NCBI RefSeq assembly: GCF_004010195.1
Contig: NC_057719.1
Span: 76,490,849-76,554,848, forward strand
Direction: 5' to 3'
Length of the DNA: 64,000 nucleotides
Source of the DNA: Chiloscyllium plagiosum
Lineage: Eukaryota
Shown: positions 1 to 13,455 of the stretch, piece after piece
Position numbering within the stretch: position 1 is the first letter of the stretch
Layout of the letters: each line of letters starts with the position of its first letter
Made by a program: the position numbers and the translations under genes
The notes under the pieces: model-generated
The model's input: the letters and a program-made list of their open reading frames with translations, nothing else
What the model was told of the DNA's origin: nothing
The model's database searches: none

Positions 1-2009
1 AAGGGTTGGAGTATAAGAATCAGGAAAGGTCACTACCATTTCTGACACTAGTTCTTGAACATTTTAGGTTAAAAGATCCTCTTTCAAATAACGTAGTAAT
101 CATGGATTGCATCCAAGTTATAACAGCATAAACTCATACTCATATAATATAGCAGAATTGCATGTCAAGGACATTTTAATAATGTTTTTCAGAAAACAGG
201 TATTCATCTATACATTTCAATGAGATGGCTTTCTCTGTATCTCAATGCATCGCCTATCAGTGATGTAGTGCTTGCCAGTGATACTTGTAAATCACACTAT
301 ACAAAAGCAAGTGTTTCTTTTTAAGAATAAAAAGGTTCAAACTGCAGAATGGGATCTCTGTAAACATCTGTAAAATTCCCATCACATTTAAAAACAGAAT
401 TTGATCTATTTATAGTCTGGTTAAGCAGTGGCTCTGCAGGGCTCAGAGTGACTAATCTGAGAAGCTAAAGATTGATCTGAGACAACTTCTTAAGTTAACC
501 TGCTGCCTGCCCCCAAACCAGTGGGAGAATCTAGAATTGGGTTCAGGATTAGCGATCATCCATTTAAGACAGGTGAAGAGGGATTTCTCCTCTCCAGTTG
601 TGAATTTTAGAATGCTTGACATCAAAGTTGCTTAGGAGTTGTGTCATCAGATATAGGTGAGGCTGAGATACAATTTTTGTTTTAAAATATTAAAAAGCAA
701 GGATTACAGGGAGCAGGAAAGAATGTTTTTAGATTCAGGGTTTATTGTCACATGTACTGCAGTGCAGTGAAAAATGTACAAAGTAGCCATTCCTGGTGCC
801 ATTTTAGCCACAAAGGTACCTATGTATAAAATCTTAGGTAGAAAAATAAAGAAATAAGTTTAAAAAGTTCAACACTACAGTTCTTAGTATGGCTAAGCTC
901 AGATCAGCCCTGATATTACTGAGTGATGAAGCAGATTTGAGGGCATGCAGCCTACTTGTGCTCCTATTTCAATTGCTATGTACAGCACATACACTGCCAC
1001 CAAAATATGATTTAGGAGCAAGAGAAGGGCATTTGTCCCCTCAAGCACATTCTATCATTCAATGAGATCATGGCTGATCATCAGCTCCACATTCTTGCCT
1101 ACCCCTGGAACCATTGGCTCCCTTGTTGCACCCTCTGCCTTTTAAAAGAATTCAGTGAAGCAAAAAAAAACTCTCATTCTCAGAGCTTCCAAATCTCTTC
1201 ACAACCAATGAAGTATTTTAGAAGTAGTCACTTTTGAAATGTAAGGAATATGGCAGCCTAGGTTATGTGCTCACAATATTCCGACTCAGTGGTGAGGTTA
1301 GTATTTCTTACCCAGCACTTCATGTAGTCTTGAGATACAAAGGATCTCACTGAGCTTACTGGGATGAACTTAAACCTGTGGAGATTCGTGGTAAACCCAG
1401 GATGAAGGGTGAAAATGACAAGGACTTGTTATAGAATTTGTTGGGGTTAGGTAATTGATGTCTGGGAGGAGTGTCACAGGCACTCAATGCCTGGACCACT
1501 ACTACTTCCAATCCAGGATGTAAAATAGTAAATAGCTAGTTAATAAGTGTTGCTCTTGCAGTTAATGTTTAAAACAGATTTTACAAAATGCTGCTGAAAG
1601 TGATTTTTGTTGAAAAGATATTAATAATGTTTAAGGATGTTATGTAGGACATTGCTACAATTGTTCTTGTAGATTTATCCATTGCTTATTCTCATCTTTG
1701 AGTATTATTTAAATTACGTGGCTGAAAAAACATCTTTTATGTAAACACAACGTTTTAATGTATTAACAGTTAGCCAATTATGATTTCAATAGTTTAAGTG
1801 TGTATTTACATATCTATTCCAATCTATGAAAATGATCTGGATTCAGAAATTCAAAGTAATATTCTGGAAGATCCAGTAGAGGCCAAACTAGGAGGACCAG
1901 TGGATTCAAAGAAGGCAGCTCAGAAATTACAGCAAGAACTGTGCAAAATGTAATAACTGCGCAGAACAGTGACAAATGAAATTTAACAGAGAAAACAAAA
2001 CATTTTGCA

Positions 2010-3015
2010 TGTAGCAAAAGGTTACAGTATCATGGAAAATGTAATGATATATTAAACAAATTTAGATTAAGTCTTTCGTCTTTTGGAATGATATATGCTA
2101 GTTTTGGTTCTTTCGTATGTACATTCCAGAACTCCTTTAAAATTATGTTCTTAAGATAGCTTCAGCCTTTCGAACAATAGGTGCCATCTCAGCTCAGACA
2201 GTGCACTAAAGGTGTGAGGTTAAAGTCTGTTTGTGTTCCAATGTTGAGTCATACTGGTTCTATTTCAAAAGTGGGACTTGCAGAATCTTACATGGATTTA
2301 TGCAGTTTTTGAGCAAAATAAAATGTAATTCTGCAAGTACAAATTCACCCCATAAACTTATGGGTGCATGTGCAGGAGAGACAGAGTGAGTGAGTTGTAC
2401 GTGTGTGTGTGAGAGAAAGCTTGGTCAAGTATGTGTGTGAGTGTGATGGGGTATAAGTCTTGAGAGAGTGTGTGCTTGGGTGTGAGTGCAGGGTGTGCAT
2501 GTGTGTGTGTATATGAGAGAGGGTCTGCGTGTGTGTATGTGTGACAGAGACAGAGGCAGAGAGTGTAGAGTGCAGTGGGGTCACATTTAGTGTGACATGA
2601 ACCCAAGGTCTCTGTTATGGCCGTCCCCATGGGTACAAACTTGGCTATCAGCCTCTGCTCGGCCACTTTGCATTGTTGCCTGTCTTGAAGTCCGCCTTGG
2701 AGGATGGTCACCCGAAGATCTGAGGCCAAATGTCCCGGACTGCTGAAGTGTTCCCCGACTGAGAGGAACACTCCTGCCTGGTGATTGTTGTGGGGTGTCC
2801 ATTCATCCATTGCCATAGTGTCTATCTTGCCAATGTACCATGCGTCAGGGCATCCTTGCCTGCAACGTATGAGAGAGACCACGTTGACCGAGTCACATGA
2901 GTACCTGCCACGTATATGGTGGGTGGTGTCCCCACGTGTAGTGGTGCTATCTTTGTCGATACTCTGACATGTCTTGCAGCGGCTGCTTTAACAGGGTTGT
3001 ACGGTGTTGTGGTCG
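2010..3015 (-). mobile_element. Penelope-like element (probably Neptune-type), 3' part with degenerate GIY-YIG endonuclease
   Basis: Minus-strand translation QPC*SSRCKTCQSID...GRYSCDSVNVVSLIRCRQGCPDAWYIGK...VGEHFSSPGH...AEQRLIAKF (Cys-rich linker plus GIY-YIG, with stop and frameshift), followed by a (CA)n-rich 3' region shared with the 9955-11174 copy. Confidence 0.85.
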
Positions 3016-4332
3016 TATGTATAGGTAAAGCTAAAAGATCCTCAAGTAATGTCATCGACCAGGTTGAACCTGCCCGACCAACATAAAGTTGGTAATCAAT
3101 AAAACTGGAAGAATGTTAAATGACAGGGTCAACGTAACAGAAAAGAAGCCAAAAACTGTCATGAGCAAATGCTTTTTGGAATGAGTTGAATGCTTTGATT
3201 GGACTGAAACTTGAATAAGGCACTCAGTTGTGGTTGTCAAGACACAGAGAACCTTTTCAAATACTTGACACAAGAGAATGCTCATGAGCCTGAGCTGCCT
3301 GGAAGACAGGAGGCACTCCAGCTTTTGAAACTGAAGTTCCCTGAGAACAAACCTTACGAGTGACATAAGGTACTTGGGGAAACAACTGGGAAATCAGAAT
3401 GTCTTACAATTAACGTTAAATTTGAAATGAAAATGAGATGTAGGTTCAAACATGGGGAGGAAGAAATTAGGACGAATATGGAAATTAGCTGTGCACATGA
3501 ATAATTGTAATTTGGCACAGGCTTCCCGATAAAGTAATAGAGGATAAAATGTCAGCAAGATTTAAGAAGTCATTAGATACTTAAAATAAGGAGACCTTTA
3601 GATATTACTAGATTAATGCAATTGCGTAGATCAAATCGTTCTCTTTTTAATCCAAAAAGCTATCTTAATGCATTATGAATGGACAGGCAGATAAGAATCT
3701 GCTTAGGTTTATGGTATAGAATTGCAAGTCTACCAATTGGAGCAAGAGAGTGTGGAATAGAATGGTTTTGTGACAACCATCTCTGAAGTGAGGTATGTGA
3801 ATAGAAATAAGTGTTGTTCAATTGTATTATAATAAATGAGTTGCTGCAATCAGTACAGTTTAGCATCAATGATATAAAGCCATGGCACCTGCCATGAGAA
3901 GGATCTCAGCCAACCCTTCAATTTATTAAAATGTTGCAATTCAGTCGATGAAGAGATAAGTGTTTGTACGTGGGCCTCCCAGCTTTGAGTTACTTTCTTC
4001 TATTCACTCATTGACAGCAGCTGCACAGCGTTCTGTTGTCGGTTCCTTGTGTATAGGTTTCAGAAAGGAATTGCTTACCAACACTTTGGAATGCAGCCTG
4101 TTCAGTACACATCTCATTAATTTTGGCAGAAGGTTGAGTTTAAGTGGGTAATGTTCCTGTATAAGTGTGAACTATTTGTGAAGGATTGAACACAGGGATA
4201 TATTGAAAGCCTCCATTGTTACCTTTTGAATTTTTTTTTGTGTTCATCATTTTCTAAAGATGTCTATTTAAACACACCAAACACTACAACTTGTTCTCCT
4301 TTCACTAACCCCATTTAGAGCCTGTGATTAAA

Positions 4333-4617
4333 GGCGGCATGGTGACTCAGTGCTGCCTCACAATGCCAGGGACCCGGGTTCGATTCCAGCCTCCGGAAAC
4401 TGTCTGCATGGAGGTTGCACGTTCTCCCGTGTCTGTGTGGGTTTCCTCCGGGTGCTCCGGTTTCCTCACACAATCCCAAAATGTGCAGCCTAGGTGGATT
4501 AGCCATAGGAAAGCTAGGTTACAGGGAGAGGATAAAGGGATGGGTTGCTCTTTGGAGGAGCAATGTGGATTTGATGTGTTGAATGGCCTGTTTCTGAACT
4601 GTAGGGATTCAATGATT
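4333..4617 (+). mobile_element. HE1-like V-SINE (tRNA head, V-domain, CR1-type tail)
   Basis: B box ggttcgattcc; V-domain gtgggtttcctccgggtgctccggtttcctc; tail ggcctgtttc...gtagggattc. Confidence 0.85.
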
Positions 4618-5414
4618 AATGCAAATTGTGCTAACACCAAAGCTGACTTAACTCATGGTGTTATTACTCAGCTGATGGTAATACTGGAAATGTCTCAGAG
4701 AAATCTGGCCTGATAAACAACAAATTTTTATTTTTCCTTTTTTGTTTACCTTGGACATCAGTCACCAAACCTGGTTACAAAAGGCTGACAATGTAATTCA
4801 ACAAAAGAACATGAAGGTTTATTACACAAAGGAAAAACACCAACTATGTTACATTATAAAAGAACTATTCAAATAATCTATGATAAACATCAGAAGGAAA
4901 TGGTCATCCACTTTTCATGAGTGAAACATTTTACAGGCATTAAACTTCAGTGAAGAGCTATCCCTATCTACATCTAAAGTTTCTAATTCAGCTGGCATGG
5001 CTGAAACTGGTTTCCTTTTGGCAGATTCCTGCACATTTGCTTGATGCTATTTTCTTCAGTTTCTATTTGCCTCCAAGACCTTTTAAAGCAACCTGCTAAC
5101 TAAGCTCTCCTGTTGCTTAATGTGTCCCCTCAACCCATGTCTTTCACAGCCTTGTAGGATGTCTTCCTCTCTGTCTCCTCCATGGCGTTATGCTTCTGGA
5201 ACTTTCTTCACACATTTCTAAAAAGCTCAGCCCTTCTCTTCAGCCCTGACTGCTGATAATAGTATCCCTCTGTTGAATATTCTGTTGGAGTCGGCATTAG
5301 TGTTGGGCTCATCTCTTCCTTTTGCTATCCCTGCTGACAGCAAGGCAAGACCAAGAGAATTGGCATGGCTTGTAAGAAGAAGCACACGGGAGACAGTAAA
5401 TAAGGGGTGAGACA

Positions 5415-5992
5415 ATTGAAGTATAGGAATTCGGATGTCATGCTGACGTTGTACAGGATATTGGTGAGATCTCTTCTGGAGTACTGTGTCCCATTCTGGT
5501 CGCTGTGCTATAGAAGGATATTATATTGGAGGGGGGGTTCAGCAAAGATGTACCAGTGTCTTGCTGGGACTGGAGGGTTTGATTAATAAAGAGGGGGCTG
5601 GGATATTTTTCACTGGAGTGTAAGAGGTTGACCTTTATAAAGATTTATGAAGTCATGAGGAACATAGATAAGGTGAATAGCAAGGGTTTTGTTTACCTAG
5701 GATAGGGAATTCAAAACAAGGGGACATATTTTTAAGGCGAGAGGAGAAAGGGTTGAAAAGGACATAAGGGGCAACTTTTTTATGTAGATAGTGGTTCGTG
5801 TGTGGAATGAACTGCCCAAGAGAGTGGCAGATGTAGGTGCAGTTATAACGTTTAAAATACATTTGGGGAAGTATATGAATAGGAAACATTTAGAGGGATA
5901 TGGGCCAAATGCAGGCATGTGGAACCAGTTTGGTTTGGGAACTTGGTTGGCATGGGCCAAAGGATCTGTTTCCATGCAGTATGACTCTATGC
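5415..5992 (+). mobile_element. CR1-type LINE 3' end (decayed)
   Basis: ORF 5791 VRVWNELPKRVADVGAVITFKIHLGKYM is the typical CR1 ORF2 C-terminus; tail atgactctatg. Confidence 0.85.
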
Positions 5993-7010
5993 ATTCCCAG
6001 CCTTTTCACTCCTATTAGGCTTCTGTCAACAAAGCCATCTCGTTGTAGTATGCCAAAAGAGATGGTAAGGAACAAGGTCAGCAAAAACAAAGTTTAGGAC
6101 CCCCTAATGTGATCTAAACATTCTATCCCAGATAACAATCACACATAAGAACTTAGGTACACCACTTATAGTGATATCTACATTTAAACTGCTAAGGTAT
6201 AGCATTTACCTAAAAAGAGAAGGGGTCTTAGGAGTACTATGTGATGGATCTGCCTTGGATGACATTAAGTAATCCCTAATTTTGGCCCATTTAATATATT
6301 TTTAAAATTACATTATATTACTATTTGAAATTGTACCTTCTAGTCCCCAATTTCAATCCTGCGCTTAAATAAAAACAAGTGTTTGTCTAGACTGTTATCG
6401 AAGCACACTTCAAAATCTCCAATGCAGAGAAGAATGAAGCATTTTTACGATCTGTCTCAAAAAGGAGCCACAGCTCCAGCAAAGTTGAAAAATCACTCTG
6501 CAGACTTTTGCAAATCCATACCTCGATTAAAATTTTAAACATTCTGTTCTCAAACTCTTAATTGTCAGGATAGCAATTTCTCCTTCGATGTTCCATTTCA
6601 CCACCATGAGAGCACACAGAATTCTTCCACAACCAGTTTACATTATTTAACATGAAAAGAAAATATGATTTGTTATAATGCATTGCCTTACAAAACCTTT
6701 GAGTATGTGTGTGTGTGTGCATGGGCATACAAAAGGTGGGGCAGGTGATCAGGAGAGAGAGATGCAACGTCATATGAAATAAGGCTTTGACCTGACAAAG
6801 GACTTGGCAATGTCTGAATGGAACTAGAATTAATTGGTGGAACGTTGGTTTGTTCTGATACATCTGCAGAGTCGCGTTTGCTAGTTCTCCAGCTGGGTGG
6901 GGAGGTATGACAGACATTTCTCCCCTTATTGCCCTCCAAAGATTGTCCTTGTTCCTACTGAATGGAGACAATCTCACTGCCTCTTAAGCATTATCTCTGG
7001 AGTATAACGA

Positions 7011-7640
7011 ATAGAATAGAATGAGATTTAATGTCACATATACTCCAATGAGTGCAGTGAAAAGTTTACAGTTTGCCAGTTAACAGCGCCATCTTAGGTA
7101 TAAAGGTACCTAGGTATAGTTTCTTCAGTCACAAGACCTTAAAAGAGAGTAATAAAAAGTCCAGCATTGTAGAAATAAATGTTCAGAACAATAGTCTTCC
7201 AGTCCAGACTGTGCTGACACCTGGCCTCCTGTCCACACCGGGCCTTGGCTTCACACCATGCCTGGCTTCACCTCGAAGTTCATGAGGCTGGGTGATGGCT
7301 GTGGAATAACCTCGAAACTGGGAGTCCACACTGAGGCCATGCCAGACCGAGGCCGCCATGCCAGGTGAGAGGACCCCTTGGCAAAAGTGAGGACTGCAAA
7401 TGCTGGAGATCAGAGTCAAGATTAAAGTAGTGCTGGAAAAAGACAGCAGGTTAGGCAGCAGCCGAGGAGCAGGTAAATCGATGTTTCGGGCAAAAGCCCT
7501 TCATAACCCCTCGTCATGTCCACACAGAGTCGACTGGGAGCCAGGAGAAAAGGAAAAAGAACGCAAAGAGAATAAGAAAAGGAATAGGTGGAGCAGACAA
7601 GCTGAGGCAGAAGCATCCTACTCTGCTGCCATCTTGGATT
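7011..7640 (-). repeat. Unclassified interspersed repeat with (ttcta)n-like end; partial second copy at ~727-890
   Basis: Shared tttaNtgtcacatNtact...agtgcagtgaaaa...gccatNttag...aaaggtaccta between the two loci. Confidence 0.6.
7381..7505 (-). mobile_element. Short HHR-bearing element, family A (truncated within the core)
   Basis: gcaaaagtgaggactgcaaatgctggagatcagag...atgtttcgggcaaaagcccttcat; imperfect flanking duplication accccttggca/acccctcgtca. Confidence 0.75.
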
Positions 7641-8289
7641 GGAATCATGAGTGTAACCGCCAAGTAAATAGTCAAATCACAAAATGCATCATGGAACCTA
7701 AATAGAGATATCGGTTCTTTATGACTGAATTGCAATATATAACAATTAATTTGCCCCATTCATTGGTATTTCGATTGTGTCTTAATGAGTATTAAATGCT
7801 GACCCAGCCAGTAAGGCCCCCTTATTCACTGTCACTAATGGCATTGTTGGCCAACCCACACCAAGTGAACTGCAATGGTTCAGGAAGGGAGCTCACTACT
7901 ACCTTCTCAAGGGTAGCTAGGGACAGGCATGAAATGATGGCCAGCCGGAAAGGAATAGTGCATTGAAGCTTTGAGACAAAATGTTTGACAAAAGAGAATT
8001 TTTAAAGCTATAGAGATAAGATCTAGACAGGAATATGCTCACCTGTCAGATTGCTGAGATCTAAGGCAGAACATTCAAGAGCTCTGCTGTTTCCTCTCCA
8101 TGTTGACCGTTCAATGTTCCATCGTCTTTAAAGACTCCTGCTCCCATTTGTTTGAAGACTTTAAATAACAGCATCATGACTTACAGCTGGTTGTAAGTGG
8201 CTTGACTTACAAGTGTCTATTTAACCAATTCTAAGAGGGTGTGGGTGATCCCTATGAAAGGGAGGAGTGTACTTTTATGAAGAACATTA

Positions 8290-8455
8290 AGACATCCCAA
8301 ACAGCCAATGAAGTGTTTTTTGAAATACAGTTACTGTTATAAAGTAGGAAATATAACAGCGAACTTGCACACAGCAAGATCCCATACTGTTGGAATGACC
8401 GTGTCAGCTGTTTTCAGGGATGGTGTTTGAAGGATGAAGGTTGGCCAGATCACAT
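8290..8455 (-). mobile_element. DeuSINE-like (AmnSINE1/SacSINE1-type) fragment
   Basis: acagccaatgaagtgttttttgaaatacagttactgttataaagtaggaaatataacagcgaacttgcacacagcaagatccca resembles the DeuSINE 3' region as recalled; similar pieces at ~1185-1265, ~19595-19660 and ~62090-62160. Confidence 0.5.
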
Positions 8456-9954
8456 TGTCAAGTCAAGAGGGTAGACTCAGACCACACCTGAAAGAGTTCA
8501 CTGTTTTATTCAATCATGGGTAGTGGGCCTTAGCTGGCTTGGTCAGCAGTTATTGCCCATCCCCAGTTATCATTGAGAAAGCGGTGGTATGATGCCTTCT
8601 GGAAACACTGCAGCCTTCTTAAGCCTACCCCCACACGCACAGCAATAGCAAAGGAACAGCAATATATTTCCTAATCAGGATGGCAAGGAGCTTTTGAGAG
8701 GAACATGTGGGTGGTAGTGTTCACATGTGTCTGCCACCCTTGTCCTTCGAGATAGTGGTGGTCGTAGGTTTGGAATGTGCTGTTTACAAATCCTTCATGA
8801 ATTTCTGCAATGTATCTTGTAGATGCTACACACTGCTGACATTGCATCAGTGGTGGAGAGAGCTTTAGATGGTGTTAAGCTTCATGAGTGTTGTTGGAGC
8901 TGCACTAATTCAGACGAATGGAGAATATTCTATCACATTTCTGATTTGTGCCTTTGTAGATGGTGGAGAGTCAGGAGGTGAGTTACTTTAGACACATTCC
9001 GCTTCACATTGTATGCCCATGTTTCCACGTGTAACCAATGCCTGGATAATAGTTTGTGTAGGTGCAAGTATCCATGGAATATCACTAACCTGACTTTTCC
9101 ACATACATGTGCTAGTGGATGTTTATGGATATTTTCTAGTCAACCTGTTTAGAGATGTTATTACACATCTCTGGAGCACGTGGGACTTGAACCCAGGCCT
9201 CCTGGCTCACAGGTAGAGACATTACCTCTGCATCACAAAAGGCACATTAGTGTATGCTTATATTTAAATATTTGAGCAGACTAGGCTGATTTTCACTGTT
9301 GCCATCCTTCCCCCAAGCTGAGTAATGGTAGGTCCAGGTTGCAGCACTCCTACCGCAGACTGGGGCAACTCTCCCCTCTGTATGGTTACCCATGGTGGCC
9401 TTTCCAAAATGTATGGTGAACTCCATTGGAACACACACAAATTATTGTCATTGGGAGCAGTCCCTAGAGTCTGCAGCTGAGGGACTGAAGCATTTTGTTC
9501 AGGAGCTTGAAGTATTAGCTGTGTTTAAAGAAGAATCTCTGTGAATGTCTGGACAACACATTTTGTTCTCTTCTGCAGACAGTAGCTGTATACACGGCTG
9601 TCTTCCTGTGTGTACTCTTCTGTGTCAGCCAAAGGTACAGATATTTAACAGAGAGCTGGGCGCAATGAATTGTGAACTCATGCTTGCTTATGTATTTTAA
9701 AAAAAGACACCAGCTCCCCCATGCATGTAATGCCACGGGAAAGGTTAAGTGGATTAGCAGCTTGCATACCATGATGGAAACATTCACTGCAGTGCATGAG
9801 AACCAGTGTCCTTTGTTTTGAGTTTTGTTGAATTCCACTGCAAATCACACAACAAAATTCACCTTATGGGTTTGTCACAGGATAAAGGCCATCCACAATT
9901 AGGAGAGAGAAGAGCTTCTGGAGTTATTAGGAGTAACGTTCTTGTTTGAATGGT

Positions 9955-11174
9955 GTGGAGGTGCAGTGTTGGACTTGGATGGACAAAGTTAAAAGTCGCA
10001 CGACATCAGGTTATAGTCCAACAGGTTTATTTGAAAGTACAAGCATTTGGAGTGTTGCTCCTTCATGAGGTAGCTAGTGGGGCAGAATCGTAGGATACAG
10101 AATTTATAGTGAAAGATCATAGTGTCGTACAACTGATGCGATATATTGAACAAGGCTAGATTGCTGTTAAGTCTTTAATCACTTAGCATGGGGATGCAGG
10201 TTTTGATTGATTTAATATGTAAATTCCAGAACTTTTTTCAAGTCACAGTCCCAAGATAACATAAGGTTTTATATTAAAAAAATGACATCTCAACTTAGGC
10301 AATGCATTAAAGGTGTGAGGTTAGAGTCTGTCTGTATTTCAACCTTGAGTCAGACTGGTCCTAATTCCAAAGTTGGAATTTATAAAATTTCATTTGACTG
10401 ACTGCTGACAAATTGTATGCTTTTTGAACAAAATAGAATGTATCTGCAAATGCAAATTCACTCCATAGACGTGTGTGTTTGTGTGGACGGGAGAGAGAGT
10501 GCGTGCATGTGTTTGATAGAGTGTGTGCATGAGTGTGACAGAGTATATGCCTGTGAGGGGCTGTGTATGTGTCTGAGAGAGAAGGTCTGTGTCAGAGTGA
10601 TCATGTGTAAGAGTGTGTGAGAGAATGAAGGATGTAATGGGGTCACCTATAGTATGACATGAACTCAAGATCCCAGTTGAGGATGTCCTCATGGGTATTG
10701 AACTTGGCTATCAGTCTCTACTTGGCCACTCTCTGCATTGTTGTGTACCCCAAAGTCTGCCGTTGTTGTGTACCCCAAAGTCTGAAGATCTGAGGCCAAA
10801 TGTCCTTGACCACTGAAGTGTTCCTGGACTGGACCCCATCTGGTGATTGTTGCACGGTATCCGTTCATCCATTGTCGTAGCTTCTGCATTTTCAGATTTG
10901 CAGGGATTGTGATTTGAAAGAAGTTCTGATATTTACATATTAATTAATCAAAACTTGCATCCCCATTCTCACGTGATTTAAGACTTAACAGCAATCTAGC
11001 TTTGTTCAATGTATCGCATCAGTTGTATGACACGATGATCTTTTACAATAAATTCTGTATCCTATGATCCTGCCCTACTAGCTACCTGATGAAGGAGCAA
11101 CGCTCCAAAAGCTTGTACTCCCAAATAAACCTGTCTGACTTTAACCTGTGTTGTGAATTTATTTTCAACTTTGT
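9955..11174 (-). mobile_element. Penelope-like element with inverted pseudo-LTRs (~9983-10252 and ~10903-11174)
   Basis: ORF 10689-10889 MQKLRQWMNGYRATITR...EHFSGQGHLASDL is the GIY-YIG C-terminal part. The two ends are reverse complements; only one carries the terminal tail. A decayed HHR core lies at 11086-11114 (CTGATGA A GGAGC AAC GCTCC AAAA GCTT). Confidence 0.85.
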
Positions 11175-12504
11175 TTGAATGTGCACTTCAGAAAAATCTC
11201 CTATTCTGACCTGATTATTAACCTTGTGAAAAGAAATACCTCACAGGATTGCATCAGGAAACATGATAGAAATATTGCACAATGCAGAGGTCACCCTGTT
11301 ACGAGGAGGGGTAATGTTCAATATGAAAGAGAACCAAATTTCTCATCTAGTCAGCACCTTCAGGTAGGTGGATCAAACATGCAGAGTAGGAGGAGCCTAT
11401 TTGACCCTCAAGACTGCTCCCAATGAGGAGCAAGTCAAACGTAGGCCAATCACTACTTAAATGAGTGAACTACATCCTTTCCCTGGTGCATGTTGAGGAG
11501 AAAGCCACTGGGTGTTAGCTGGAATTATTGATGGTTATAGCAATATTTATTGCATGGACCTCCCTGCTGTTCTAGCCAGTAAACAACATTGCCAGGACAA
11601 ATAGCAGAACACTGGGAAAACAGAGCTCTAAGGGTGATGTTAGTGGTCAGGCAGGAAAGAAAGAGAAATTCTACATTGGCCGAAATAAAACCAAGGTACT
11701 ATGGATACTGGAAATCAGAAATGTAAATAGCAAGTTCTGGAGAAACTCAGTAGACCAGTTTGAAGAAGAATCATAATAGTCTCAATATTTATTCTGTTTC
11801 AGTTTCCACGTATGCAGCCAGACCTGAGTTTCTCTAATACCTTCTGGTTTTATTTCTTTTTTTTTTGCCTCTTCCAGCAAGGCTCTCTTCATACTGAGCA
11901 TGATTTAAGACTCAAAATTTGACTATTGTAGATAATTCTAAATGACAGGATTAAAGAATGAAAAAGAAATTACAGCATTGCACAGGATAATGAATAGCTT
12001 TGTAACAGACAGTTATGTTTTTGGCAGTCCCCAATTCCCTTCCTGGCAACTGACAAGCAGTGTTTATAGAGAAAAAAAACTGTCTCGACTCTGTCTCTCT
12101 TCTTTTCCTGTCATGTGGAGGACAACCTGAAAAATAGAGTCTCATCTTTTGTATTCTATCAGTTGGCAAAGTGTGTAGAGGTAGAAATGAGCCTGAGGGG
12201 TAAAATGGAGGATTGCTTTTCTTTAAAACAAGGCAAGTTGGTTTTCAGATCCATTTATCTTTCCGTCTTGCTCCTCATCCATTATCTCTTTGACAGTGTG
12301 CATCTTCTCCCCCATCTGTTCTGTTTAAAATTGTCTCCATCACTTTATACCTTTTATTTTCTAGGTCTGAGTTTCTTTACTGTTATCTGTACATCTGTCC
12401 ATGTTGGTGTATCTGTCCCTCCCTATGTGACCATTGATTCTCAATCATTTGGCGAAAGTGCCAAGGTGTTGATTGCAAAGTGATTATTTACATAACACTT
12501 TGCA

Positions 12505-12855
12505 CTAAGGCATGATTATAAATATAATGAAATGTCCCATAAGAATATTATCAAACAGCATTTGACACTGAACCACACAAAGTGGCAGATAGAGCAGGTA
12601 TCCAAATGTGTATTTTAAGGAGTGTTTTAAATGAAGAGAGAATGATGGACAGAAAGAGGAGTTTATGGAGAAAATTCCAGAGCTTGTGGCCAAGGAAACT
12701 CCAGAGTTGAGATTCAGAAAATCAAGAATGTGTAAGAGGTAAGAATTGGAGAGGTGCAGTGACCTCTGAGGATTGTAGGGTTGGAGGAGATTACAGTGAT
12801 CAGAAAGAGTGAGACCATGAAGCCATTTGAATGCAAGGATAAGAATACTCAACTC
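12505..12855 (-). mobile_element. L2-type LINE 3' end
   Basis: ILILAFKWLHGLTLSDHCNLLQPYNPQRSLHLSNSYLLHI resembles the L2 ORF2 C-terminus; a related piece is on + at ~37450-37830. Confidence 0.65.
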
Positions 12856-13331
12856 AGGGATGTGTTCATGTATCCTGCTCTTAAAGTAAGACACTTCTCT
12901 TTTTGGTCTGCAGTGGTAAGGAATCCTTTTCACTGAGACGTGACATCCTTATCTTTGTAAAGCCCTGAATTATAAATAAGCACTGAGGCACCTTTTCATG
13001 AAAGGGCTATTAAATTTTTTTTTATTTCCAATAGGTGTAGGTAGGTGTATTTTGTATAGAAACAATTTGAATATTCCTGTTCTGAACTATTCCTGACTTA
13101 AAAGAACTGCTTTAGTCTTGATCAGTCGAGGCGATTGTCCAAATCTTCCAACATCTCAAATCAAACTTGATGGGATTAATAGTTTGGATCGAGGGAATAT
13201 TGCAGGGGAGTTAACATCCAGCCACATTGAGTGGTGGGTGCAGGTGGTGTTTGACCTCCTAGCAAGAGATCATATGGTCTTGTCTACACTCCAACCCTGC
13301 TGACACCATAATTCAGGCATGTCTTAGCCAA

Positions 13332-13455
13332 GGAGAAAGTGAAGACTGCAGATGCTGGAGATCCGAGTTGAAAAGTGTGGTGCTGGTAAAGCACAGTAGG
13401 TCAGGCAGTATCCAAGGAGCAGGAGGAACGATGTTTCGGGCATAAGTCCTTCATG
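13332..13455 (-). mobile_element. Short HHR-bearing element, family A (truncated within the core)
   Basis: ggagaaagtgaagactgcagatgctggag...gtttcgggcataagtccttcat. Confidence 0.75.
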